In this document: positions 32,789 through 45,200 of the stretch, one piece after another
Layout of the letters: each line of letters opens with the position of its first letter
Position numbering within the stretch: the first letter of the stretch is position 1
DNA from: Chrysemys picta bellii
Lineage: Eukaryota
Assembly: GCF_011386835.1 (NCBI RefSeq)
Contig: NC_088807.1
Location: forward strand, 21,576,001-21,640,000
DNA: 64,000 nt
Direction: 5' to 3'
The notes under the pieces: generated by a model
Database searches by the model: none
The model's input: only the letters and a program-made list of their open reading frames with translations
What the model was told of the DNA's origin: nothing
Position numbers and translations under genes: made by a program

Positions 32789-34263
32789 CTCTTTGTTCAT
32801 TTTGGCAAATCAGGAGCAGGCCGAAGGCGGCGCCGGGCGAGACGCCAGACGTCTCCCCGTGCCCACGTATTTACAGACCTGGCCTTGTTTGGCAGCTGCC
32901 TTGGGGGGAGGGGCTTGGTTCTTGGGGGGGCAGGTGGATTTCCCCCCCCCCCAATGACAAACTGATCCAGAAACGTGTGCTGGAGGATGCCGGTGAAATC
33001 CAGGCCCACTTCTGACACAGGCTAGATAGGGCTGGGCAAGGGGGCGGGACACCGGGGTAGAGGGACCCATGGATCTGATCCAGGTGGGCAGGGAGGGGGG
33101 CTGGACACTGGGGTAGAGGGACCCATAGGTCTGATCTGGGAGGGAGGGGGCAGGATACTGGGTAGATGGGCCCCCTATGTTCCATTCCCTGCCCCACTGA
33201 GTGAGCCAGTCCCTCATCCTGGGCCCAGATGGGAGCTGGTAGTCCCTAGAGGGGAAAGGCCCCTTGCTTAACCCCATGTAACCCCAATGGGCCAAAGGCA
33301 GGGGGTGGGCCCCCAGGACTAGAAAATACACCCAGTGACCCTCCCCTGCAACAGGCTCTGTAACCCCCCCCCCCCCCCGACTCCATCAGGTTCCCAGTAT
33401 AAACTAGTGATGCCCCCCCTCCAGTGCCGGTAATAACCCAGCAGCCGCCTGCACCAGCCCAGGGTCTCCGCTCAGCCCCCAGTACCAACCAGTGAGCGTC
33501 AGACCTTTTAGACAAACCTTCTTCCTGTCCCCCGCCCACCTTCATTCCCCCTCCCTGCTGAATCCCGGGGCCCCAGCTGATCGCCAGCTGCAGGTGGTGG
33601 GGGCTCCATCCTCAGTGCACATCCTGGGGGGGGCACAAAGGTGTCTGTATAACGCCCCCCCCTTCTCCATCTGTCCATCCGTCAGGCGGCGTCTGGTGCC
33701 AAGAGGGGGAAGCGGGTGGCAGCTTTGGGGCCTACATTCCACAGCGGGGGGGGGGCCCCATTGCTGATGAGTTATGGGGCTTTCCCCCCCTTTGTTTGAG
33801 ACACAGAGTTAAACCGGTAGGGGGACCAATCCCAGCCCCCCCTGCTCTGGGGGGGGCAGTCTGAGCCCCCCATCCCGATACATAGCTCGCTGCCCCTTGA
33901 GGTTGGATTTGGCACAAGACAGTTTTGACAGCAAACTCCCGCGTGGGGGGAAGGGGGCAGAGAGGGGCACGGGGGGGGGGGCGGGTACATTCAGCAGCCT
34001 GGCTGCCCCCATCAGCTGAGTCACTGTAAAAAAATTGTCCAGAGAAGCGAGTCCTTGTGGGGACGCTCGGGGGGGGAGGGATCCCCAAAACGCTGGTCAT
34101 GCCGCCCCCCTCCGGCCGGGCGCCAAAAAGGAGTCTCTGTGTCCCCCAGAACATGCCTGGCGCATGCGTCTCCCAGTCAGGCCAGGGGGTGAGGGTGCGG
34201 GGGGGGGGCAATGGCCCAGCGCCATCCCATGGAGTTCCTGATTGCTGGGGGCAGGTCCCCGCC

Positions 34264-37200
34264 TCAGTTCTCAATGGGGTCTGGAAGAGAAGGAGAGAGG
34301 AGCAGAAGGACAGAGCAAAAAGACCTGGATCAGCCCCATGGACCCATCACCCCAGTTCCCTGCCCCCAGATCACCCCCATGGGCCCATCTACCCTGGTGT
34401 CCTGCCTCCTCCCTGCCCCCAGATCACCCCCATGGGCCCATCTACCCTGGTATCCTGCCTCCTCCCTGCCCCCAGATCAACCCCATGGACCCATCTACCC
34501 TGGTATCCTGCCTCCTCCCTGCCCCCAGATCAACCCCATGGACCCATCTACCCTGGTATCCTGCCTCCTCCCTGCCCCCGGATCAGCTCCATGGGCCCAT
34601 CTACCCTGGTATCCTGCCTCCTCCCTGCCCCCAGATCACCCCCATGGGCCCATCTACCCTGGTATCCTGCCTCCTCCCTGCCCCCGGATCAGGGCCCATC
34701 ACCCAGGTCTCCCGTCTCACTCACTGGCTGTGGGCACCAGCTCGGTCTCGCGGGGGGCCAGGTGGGGCTCGAGGGCAGGGGAGACGGTGAAGCGGGAGAA
34801 GCGCAGGGCGTCCATCAGGCTGGGCTCCGCCCCCTTGGCCGGGAGTAGCGCGGGGGGTGGCGTTGGGGGGGCCCCCGAGCTGGGGTCCGTCACCATTGAG
34901 ACGAAGGACGGGTTCTGGGCCATCAGTGGGAAGTCGTCGTCCCATTCGAAGCTGCCACCTGGGGGCAGGGGGAGGGTGAGAGGGGGCGTGGCCAGCCCCA
35001 CCCCACTGCCAATGCCCCTTCCCCCACTGGTCGGCACAGCCAACGCCCCCTTCCCTTGGGGATATCTGGCTTGTATCTAGCCCCTCCCATCTCCTCTTGA
35101 GCCCCCACCTCCCTCTGGCTCAGCTCCCTCCTCCCCCCACCTTGGGGCACCATGGCAAGGGGGCGTCGACCAGCAGCTGCTGTTTATGGTGTATGCAAAC
35201 GAGCATTTTAAAATATGCAAAACGAGCCCATGAAATAATTGGTGATGGCTTGGCCCTGCCCACCCCCCGGTAGCCACTCCCACCCCCCGTGGCGTGGGGC
35301 TCACTGAATCCGTCGGCGGGTGGGAAGGCCTCGAGGGCAGGCTGCCCCGCGGGGCCCTGGGTGGTGCCGCCCTCGCCCTCTGGGCCGCTCTGCGAGCTCA
35401 GCTCGTTGGTGGGCGTCTCCTAGGAGCAGATGGGGGAGAATTAGTGTGTTGGCCCCGCCCCCCTGGCCTGGCCCCACCCCCTTCCCATCACCCCCACACC
35501 CTGGGTTCCTCCCTATTCTTTGTCCCCGCCTTCCTACACCAGACTCCACCCCCTGCTCTCTTGGCCCCGCCCTCCATCCCCCAGGCCCCGCCCTTGTCCC
35601 CCAGTCCCCACCCTCACCTGTTCAAAGAGGTAGACGGTGACGCAATCAAACAAGGACACGACCTTGCGGTTCTGGTCCACCCCCTGTCCCCTGGTGCCCG
35701 CCCCATGCCCCAGGCCCCGCCCTCACCTGGTCGAAGTGGTAGACGGTAACGTCGTTGAAGAAGGTCACCATCTTACGTTTCCATTCCCCGTTCCTGGGCC
35801 TTGACCCATCCCTCAGGCCCCGCCCCCATCCCACAGGCCCCGCCCCCATCCCACAGGCCCCGCCCCAGGCCCCGCCCTCACCTGGTCGAAGAGGTAGACG
35901 GTAACGTCGTCGAAGAAGGACACCATCTTGCGTTTCCGGTCCAGCTCGGCAGCCTCCTCGGCCGAGCGCGGGGACTTGAGCAGCCCGCGCAGGTTGCGCC
36001 CATCATCCGAGTCGCTGACCACAATGGGGACGCCCCCGACACCCGGTGCCTCCTCATCCTCCTCCTCCTCGCCCGGCCCCGGCGCCCCCCGCCCGGCCCC
36101 CTCCTCCTCCGGCGCCAGCCCCCCACAGCCCTTCCGCCCCCCCGAGCCGGCGAAGGGCTGCAGGCTCAGCGGGGGCAGCGCCAGCGACAGGCGCGAGACC
36201 TTGGCTGCAGGCGGAGACGGGACAGGGGGAGAGAATGAGGGGGCAAAGGTCAGGGTAGAGAGGCAAAGGGAGAGAAGGGTGGAGGTGAAAGTTCAAGGGT
36301 CAGAGGGGGTGAGCACCCCTGTCCCCCATCCCTGCCGCCGTCCCCGTCTCCCCCACATCCTCTGTCCATCCATCCCCCCCATCTCCCGGCCTCCATCATC
36401 ATCACCCACATGCTCCATCCATCCCTGCCACTGTCCCCACCGCTCCCCTATCCTCTGTCCATCCACCCCCAGTCCTCTGTCCATCCCCGCACATCCCCAG
36501 TCCTCCATCCATCCCTCCGTTCACCCCCCACACACACATACCTCCCGGTCTCCATCCATCCCTCCATCCATCCCCCACACCTCCTGGCCTCCATCTGTCC
36601 CCACCCCCATCCTCCATCCATCCCTGCCACTGTCCCCACTGCCCCCCCATCCTCAGTCCATCCACCCCCAGTCCTCCATCCATCCCTCTGTCCATCCCCC
36701 CACATGTCCCTTCCTCTGTCCGCAGAGGATACCCCTCTCCCTGGACGATCCCTCTCCTGTCCTTCCGACAGCCCCTCCTCTCCCCAGATGGTCCCCAACT
36801 CTTCCCCAGATGGCTCCCCCTCCTCCCAGTTGGTCCCCAATCCTTCCCCCAGACGGCTCCCCCTGCCCCCAGATGGTCCCTGCCCCCTCCCTCCGATGGC
36901 ACCCCCGACCCCTGGCATCTCCCTACCTTTGATGTCCTCACTGCCTGGGCTCCCTGCCGTGCTGAAGTCCAGGTGGGGCTGCGGCTGCTCAGAGGCTGGG
37001 TTGGCCCCCTCGGGGCTGGGGACAGGGGCCTCCCCGCTCGGCTCCGGCACCCCCTGGCCGTCCAGCTGCCCTTCCTCGCTCTCTGCCCCCTCCTCCTCTT
37101 CCTGGGGCGGCCCATCTGCCACCTCCCCGCCGCCCCCTTCCTGCTCGTCTCCAGAGCCCCGGGCCCCCTCGGGCTCCAGGGCCCAGAGCCGGATCACGGC

Positions 37201-40200
37201 CTCCTCCTTGGCAGCTGGGGCCCCGGACGCCAGGGTCCCCAGGTCCCGGTGGTTGCAGAGCAGGTTGCGGGTGATGTTCTCCCGCAGCGACACCAGCAGC
37301 TGCTCCTTGGACACCTGCACCACGAAGCCGGCCTCCAACTTGGCCGGCGCCGGCTGCCCCCCGCCTTGCCCCGCCGCCGGCTCCTCCTCCTCCCCCCGGC
37401 CCCCCTCCGCCTCGCCGTCCGAAAAATAGGCCGAGTCCCGGTGGGTCGTGGCCAACCCCCGCCCTGTGCCCGCTTCCTCCTCGGCCCCCGGCGTCTCCTC
37501 CGACAGTGTCAGGTCGCTGGTGGACTCCGAGATGGGCGTGGGGGGCAGCTGGGCGGCATCTCCTTGCCCGGGCGGCTCCCCGTCCTCTTCCTCCTCGGGC
37601 TCCCGGACGAGGAGCTCCGGGGAGAAGGTGCTCTCCGTCTCGTAGCCGCTGTCGGGGAACTTCTGGCCCGGCGAGGAGAAGCGGGAGGCTGGGCTGCAGC
37701 CCTCGGAGGAGCTGGTGTTGGAGGGGAGATCCAGCGAGTCCCCGGAGTCCAGCGGGCCCCTCCGCCGGCCCACTGGGGCTGGGCCAATCTCCAGCCTGGC
37801 CGCGAAGCCGTCTGCGGCCTCGGGCACGATGGCGATGGTCTCCTCGTCGGCGCTCTCCGCCAGCGTGGCCAGGGGCGGGATCTCCACCGGCACAATGACG
37901 CTGCAGCAGGTGGCGGTCAGGCCGGGGAAGGGCGAGCCCGGCGGCCGCCCGGCCGCCCCCCGCTTGGGGTAGTCCTGGAGTTCGTAGCTCACCACGGCCG
38001 TGCCCATCAGTGGGTCGTAGAACGCCGAGGGAGGGGGCGGCACCCCGGCCAAAGGGGGTGGGGCGAGCGGCCCGGCCCCGCCCTCTCCGGCCCCGGCGGG
38101 GCCCTCTCCCAACAGGATGGGGCAGTCGGACAGGGAACCCCGCTCCACCTTGAGGGAGGAGTCGTCCTCGGTGCCATAGCTGTCGCGGTGGGGCCGGGGG
38201 ATGGGGGCGTGGTTGCTCCAGCCACTCACAACCTCCCCCCGGCCCGGGGCGCAGCGGCAGCGCCCGCCCCGGCTGCAGAGCGGGCAGAGCAGGGGGTTGC
38301 GGCGCCCGTCCCCGCCGCTGCTGGCGTCCTCCCCGTCCGTGCTGCCGGCCGAGCTCTGCTCCTCCATCAGGGAGGGCTCCCGGTCCCAGGGGGGCGAGGG
38401 GCGGAACTCCGAGGGGTCCCCCGCCAGCGTCTCCCCGGCCCCCCGCTCCTCCAGCCCCTCGCAGTCCCAGCCACGCTGCTGTTCCTCCAGCTCCTGGTAC
38501 ACGTGGAGCAGGGACTCCCCCAGGAAGATGCCCCCCGGCGCCGGATCCGTCAGCGAGGTCTCCTGGATCTCAGCCCGGAAGGGGTTGGCGCTGCGCCGGG
38601 CTGGCTCCCGAGACACCGAGATGAAGGGGTTGGTGGCACCAGGGGCCCAGCTGGCCGGCCCCTCCGGCAGGAGGTGGGGGAGGTGGTGGTGGGCCGGGGG
38701 CGGGGGGCTGCCCCGGATCTCTTCGATGGGGTCCCAGTCGGAAGGGAAGAGGGGCTCTGGCGGGGAGCCGGGCACCCCGTATTGGCGCTCGTAGACGGGG
38801 CTTGGGGTGCCGACGGTGCCCTCGGGCCCTTCCCCCTCGCCGTGCTCCTCCAGCCGGATGTAGTACTCGCTGCTGACCGAGGGGCTGCGGGCGCTAATCA
38901 CTGGGACCACGCTGGGCGTCTCCAGGCTCTGCCGTGCTGGCGCCTCGTAGAAGGGGTTGGCGCCAGGCACGGCCAGGCCGCCGTTGCTGGAGGGGGTGGC
39001 CCCGGGGGCCGGGCCGGCCTTCCAGCGCCCCAGCCGGGCCTTCTCCCACATGTACTCGAAGTTGAGCCCCCGGCTGCTCTCGGTGACAGTGAGGACGTCG
39101 TCCAGATCGGCCCCCTGGAAGCCATCCAGCAGCGGGTAAGCCGAGATCTCCTCCGAGCGGCGCCGGTGTGGGGGGGAGGCGGCCGGCGAGCGCTTGGGCT
39201 TCAGGGCGTTCCAGCGCCACTCAAAACTTTCCTCCGCCTGCGCGTGGCAGCGCTCCGTCAGCAGGTAGGTCAGCTGCAGGTGCAGCTCCTCCAGTGTGGG
39301 GCGCTGTGGCGCCGGCAGCCAGCATGACTGCATCACCTCGTACCTGCAATGGGAGGGAGAGGGGGCGGTCAGGGCAGGGAGGGACAGAACAGTCAGAGAA
39401 CAACAGTCGGAAAAAGAACAGCTGGAGAAGTGGAATAACCACCGGAGAGATAGAGACAAGAGTCGGGAATAAGGCAGCTGTAGAGACTGAAGAACAGCCA
39501 GAGAGACACAGAAGGACCAGCAGAAAACAACAGCCGGAGAGACAGAGAAACAGCTGGAGAGAGGTGAAAGAACAGTCTGAAAACAACTGCCAGAAAGAGA
39601 CAGAACAATCGGTAAACAGACAGAACAGTCAGAAAGTAACAGCCAAAGATACAGAAGAACTGTCAGAAAGAGGCAGAAGAACATCCAGAAAAAAAATCAG
39701 AGAGAGACAGACGAACAGTCAGGGGGAAAAAAACAGCCTGTCAGAGAGAGAGAGAAGAACTGCTGGAGAGAGAGAAAACAGTCAGGAAATAACAGCCAGA
39801 GAGAACAGCTGGAGAGAGAGGCAGAAGAACAGTAAGAAAATAACAGCTGTAGAGACAGAAGACCAGTTGGTGACAGAAGACAGAAAAAATCAAGAGAGAC
39901 AGAAAAAAACAGTCCGAAAATAACAGCCAAAGAGACAGAGAAGAACAGTCAGAAGCATCAGCTGGAGAAACAGAAGTCAGAAAGAGCAAGAGGGGAAAAA
40001 ACAGCCAGAGACAGAAGAACAGCCAGAAAAAAACCCCAAGAAAAGTAGAAAATAACATCTGTAGAGACAGAAAAACAGTCGGAAATGGAAGAACAGTCAG
40101 AAAAAAACACTCAGAGAGAGGGAGGCAGAGGACCAGTTGGAAAACAACAGTCAGAGAGAAAGAAGAACGGTCAGAAGAGAACAGCCGGAGACACAGAGCA

Positions 40201-42168
40201 AAGCAGGACAAGACGAATGGGAGAAAAGGACCAGTGACGGGCCCCAGTGACAACCCAGCCAGGAACCACCTGCCGCTGTCAGCGATGGAAGAGCCCGTCA
40301 GGCGCACACCGAGTCCGGTGGTCCTCAGCCCTACCAGGCTAGGGTCGTGGCCAGCCAGCTCCCCACTGGGACCTGCCGGGGAGGTGGGGCAGCTGTGGGA
40401 CAGCTGTGGGACAGGGACCCAGCACTCACCAGTAGTCAGAGTAAGGCAGCTTCAGGCGCGGCTTGGCCAGCTTCATCTGCTGCTCTTTGATGACGAAGGC
40501 GAGAACCTCCTCGTCCGACAGGTGCCGGTAGGGCTGGCTGCCGAATTCAAACAGCTCCCACATCGTCACCCCCAGGGACCTGGGCAGAGCAGGGTTACGG
40601 GGTGAGTGCAGGGACCCTTGCCCGGCCCTGAGATGCAGCAGCTCTGGGGTGGGGCGCGGGGGCTGGGTATATGGGGACCCCTCACCCGGCACTGAGATGC
40701 AGCCACCTCTGGGGTGGGGCTGGGTATACGGGGACTCCTCGCCCGATGCTGGGACGCGGCCCATCTGGCGTGGGTGCGGGGGCTGGTTAACAGCCATGTA
40801 GAACAGGTAGCTCTGGGACAGCGATCCCCCCAAAGCTTCCCCCTCACTGACCCTTTGCCCCTGAGGCTGGGGGCGGTCCCGGCTGCCCGGGGGCTTAGCA
40901 GGGTGCAGAAGGCGCCAGGACACAGTGCGGGACTCACCAGACGTTGCTCTCCTTGCTCTGATCCACCACCACGAGCGTCCCGTGAACTTCGTCCAGCAGC
41001 TCCGGCGCCACCCAGCGCAGCGGTATCCACAGCCGGTCGGGGGTGATGTAATAATCCTCCTGCGTGGTGGGGAGGGGTCAGCACTGGGCAGGAAACCCCC
41101 CCACCCCGCCCCCGAGTCCCCAGTGCCAGCCAGTCCCTGCCCTGGGGCCGGATGGGAGCCAGTGCCCCCTAGAGGGGACAGGCCCCGTGCCCCAGCCCCA
41201 CACCCCTGAGCCAGCCAGTCCCTGCCCTGGGTCCGGGTGGGAGCCGACGCCCCCTAGAGGGGAAAGGCCCCATGCCCCATCCCCACCCCAGGGCTCTCAC
41301 CTTGTAGTTGTTGTGCGAGAGGCCATAGTCACCGACACGGACGGTGAGGTCGGAGGTCAGCAGACAATTCCGCAGGGCCAGGTCGCTGTGGGGGAACGTG
41401 GGGAGACCCCAGTCAGCCGCAGGCAGCATCCCCATGGGACACCCCGTCTGTGTCCCACCTGCCCTGGGGAGAGCTCTGCCTCCCAGACACCCCCCGCTCT
41501 AACCCCGCCACCCCCCTCCCCTTCCAAAGGTGGGCAAGAACCCAGGAGTCCTGGCCCCCAGTCCTCCCTGCTCTAACCACTAGATCCGCCTCCCCTAGCG
41601 GAGGTGGGATAGAACCCAGGAGTCCTGGCGCCCAGGCCCCCCTCCTGGCTCTAACCTCCCAAATCCCCTCCCCTCCCGCGGCCGGGAGAGAACCCAGGCG
41701 TCCGGGCACTCACCTGTGGATGTAGTTGTTCTTGTGCAGGTGCAGCAGCCCGAGGGTGAGCTCATAGGCCATGCGCTGCAGCGTGCCGAGGTCGCGGGTC
41801 AGCAGGTCGGGGGTCAGCCCGTCTGCCTGGCACTGGGCTCGCAGGTAGCGCTTCAAGTCGCCCTGGGGCGACGGGGGAGGGATGGGGGGGGAGGTCAGGC
41901 AGGCCGGGGCACGGATGGGGGCACCGGGGACCCCGCAGGGGCCACTGTACCCCTCCAGCAATCGGGAGCAACGTCGGAGCCCCCAGCTTCGTTAGCACCA
42001 GCCACGGCAGCTGGTGGAGACTCCCCACCCAGCTTCCGGCATTGTGGGGCTATGACACACAGGTCGGCAGTGTGCGCTGCTCTCAGGAGAGGGCACACTC
42101 CCCTTCTCGGACACACACACAGTGGGGAATTCTGATCCCAGCCATCAGGGGGCAGCAGGACACTCACA

Positions 42169-42218
<50 letters not shown>

Positions 42219-45200
42219 CACACGGCAGTTCTAAACCCAGCCACCAGGGAGCAGCGGGACACACACACACAGAGCAGTTCTGAGCCCAGCCACTAGGGGG
42301 CAGCGCTCCCCCCCATCCCCACGGCAGCCCCCGCCCGCGCTCACCAGCTGGCAGAACTCCATGATGAGCAAGAAGGGGATGGTCTCCGTGCACAGCCCCA
42401 GACACTGCAGGATGTTGGGGTGCTGAAGGCTTCTTCAAAGCGGGGGGCGGGGGAAGGAGAGAGAGAGAAAGCACTGTCATTCCTCATGGCCACAGCAGCA
42501 CCCGGACGCCTGGGTTCTATCCCAGCATTCTATGTGGTGGTTAGAGTGGGGAGGGGGCTGGGAGCCAGGACTCCTGGGTTCTCTCGGCAGCTCTGAAAAT
42601 GACTTGGTCTGGGCAAGCCCCACCCCTGTGTGCCTCGATTTCCCCCTCCGCAACGTTGGGGGGGAGGCTCCTGCCCTTTCCGCAAGGGGCAGGAACTTTC
42701 CCGAACGGCTGAAAGATACTGTGGGATCCTCAGCGGAGGGGAGCGGGGGACGATCCCAGTGACTAGATCCCCCAAATCCCGTCCGGCCTCAGTCCCTTCC
42801 CAGATCTTCCCGTACTGCCGGGCTGGGGAAGGAGGGGTCAGGCGGGGGAGGGTGATTTTTAGCTGTGGGACTTTTATCTCGACCCTGTGGCTTTAAACAC
42901 GGGTGTGGCAAGCCCCGCCCGCAATCTCAGTACATCTGGGTCCAAGCAGGACCACCGTGGGCTGCTTTCACGCCACTGCGTTTCCTCCTCTTATCTTTGT
43001 GCTTTAAGGATGCTGAGATGTGGCTGATTCTGGGGTGGGGCATGAGGGCTGGGTATGCGGGAACTCCTTGCCCGGTGCTCAGATGCAGCCACCTCTGGGG
43101 TGGGGCATGGGGGCTGGGTATACAGGGACCCCTCACCCAGTGCTGAGATGCAGTCACTTCTGGGGTGCCCCCATCCCCTAATTACCGATAGGGCTGAGCC
43201 TCCGACAGGAACTTCCTCTGCTCCAGGGGTCCGGCGCTGACCCGGAGCTCCTTCACCACCACCTGGGCTGGGGTGAAGTCTGAGAAGACCTCCCCCAGGA
43301 TCACCTAGGAGACAGAGCTGACAGCCATACTGCAGGGTCTGTGCCTCAATGGGTCCCCATCCTCCCCCCATGCCTCCACCTGTGCTGGGGACCCCCCCGT
43401 CAGAGGGCAGATTGGAGTGCAGTCTCTGAAGCCCCTCCAGCCCTCGACCTCTCTGGAACGGGGGCTGCAGAGACCCAGCAAACTTGTTTCACATGGGGGC
43501 CACAAATTGGGGTGTCAGATGAGAACAGCTCCCTGTCACTAGAGGGGAAAGGCCCTTTGCCGCATTCCCCACCCCCCTGAGCCAGCCAGTCCCTGCCCTG
43601 GGGCTGGATGGGAGCCGGCGCCTCCTAGAGGAGAAAGGCCCGTGACCCATTCCCCACCTCCCTGAGCCAGCCAGTCCCTGCTCTGGGGACGGGTGGGAGC
43701 AGGCACTCCCTGGATGTGACATCTGTAGAGGCCGGGGCGGCAGATAGTGAAGTGGCAGGGGAGACGCACTCACCTTCCCAAACCAGCCGTTCCCGATCTC
43801 CTGCAGGTAGCTGAGGTGCTGCCGGCTCAAGCCCAGATGCTTCACTAGGTCTGGAAGGGGACACAGGAGGGTGAGGAGGGGGTTGAACTCTGCCAGCGGC
43901 TCCACCAGGGAGAAGGGAGCTCCCGTGAGGGCTCCCTACCCACCTTCATCCTATCCCTCCTCCCAGCAGGAAAGGGTTGGGACCAGGAGGTCGCGATACT
44001 CCTTCAGGCCCCCCCAGGAAGCTGGGCCATCAGCTCATTCACAATGCAGCTTCCAGAATCACTAGCTAATCTAGAACCATGTTCCCAGAGTAACTGCATC
44101 CTCATTGGGTCATCTAGAACATGGCTTCTAATGGAACAGGCACCTCAACTGCTAGTCTAGAATGTGCATTCTAGAGTGGCGTCATCTGCATTTGCTCCTC
44201 TAGAACCTCAATGGTTTAGAATTGGGTTGCAAGAGTCATTGCGCCTCAGAACATTTTTTTCTAATGAAACCCTAGTGTCATAGACTAATCTAGAACACTG
44301 TGTCCAGAGCTGCTTTGTCCACACTAGTTAGTCTAGAATATTACTTGTGTATTAAGAGATTTCCAGAGTGTCTGCATCCAGGATAACTAAGCTAGAACAT
44401 CATTAGTCTAGACCCTCTTTCCAGCATCTGGTTAGTCTAAGCCTGCTTTATAGTGTCACTGCTGCCTCATTGGTTAGTCTAGAACCCGATTTCTTGATTT
44501 GCTGCATCTACACTGGCTACTCTAGATCCCAACCTCCAGTCTCTGAATCTTCATTGGTTAGTGTTGAATGTGGTTACCAGAATCTCTGCATTCTCATTGG
44601 GTAGTCTAGAACATGGTTCTGTGGTCTTTTGCCCTATCTGCTGATCCTGAGTGTGGTATCTAATGTCATTGTGTCTCAGATGCTAGTTCAAGGGTGCAGC
44701 CATTTCAGCTCTTTTGTCTGGTCTAGTTTTGACCTAATAAATCATCAGTGGCTGATCTAGATCCTGATTTCTAGAGTAATTTTATCCACAGTGGTGGGTC
44801 TACAAATAGTCTCTCGACTCTCACTGGGTAGCTTATAACCCTATTTCCAGAGTCACGCCATCCCCACTGGCTAGCCTGGAAACAGAGTCCGTCCATCTCC
44901 ATTGACCAGAATCACTTCTTCCATGTTGATTAGCCTAGAACCAGAGCTTTCTCATCCCTGTCAACTACCTAAAACAAGAGTCACCACATCCCAGTTGAGT
45001 AGTCTAGAACCAGTGCCTCCCCATGGACTAGTTTAGAACCAGTACCACCAATCCCACTGACTAGCCTAGAACCAGAGCCTCCCTGCCTACATAGACTAGT
45101 CTAGAACCAGGACTTCCCCTTGTCCGTTGACTAACCAAGAACCAGAGCCACCCAGTCCCCATTGACTAGCCTAGAACCAAGCTAACATAGCCCATTCCCA

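Noticed and set aside
34717-34725. LMTK3 ending at the unspliced stop (…PTASE*)
   Set aside because: A GTGAGT donor at 34724 and a downstream exon encoding PIEN* match the human C-terminus PVEN, so the spliced form is preferred.
36448-39684. 1078-aa ORF taken as a complete protein
   Set aside because: Only 39343-36927 is LMTK3 exon 11. The hydrophobic N-terminal and Gly-rich C-terminal parts are read-through into intronic low-complexity repeats.
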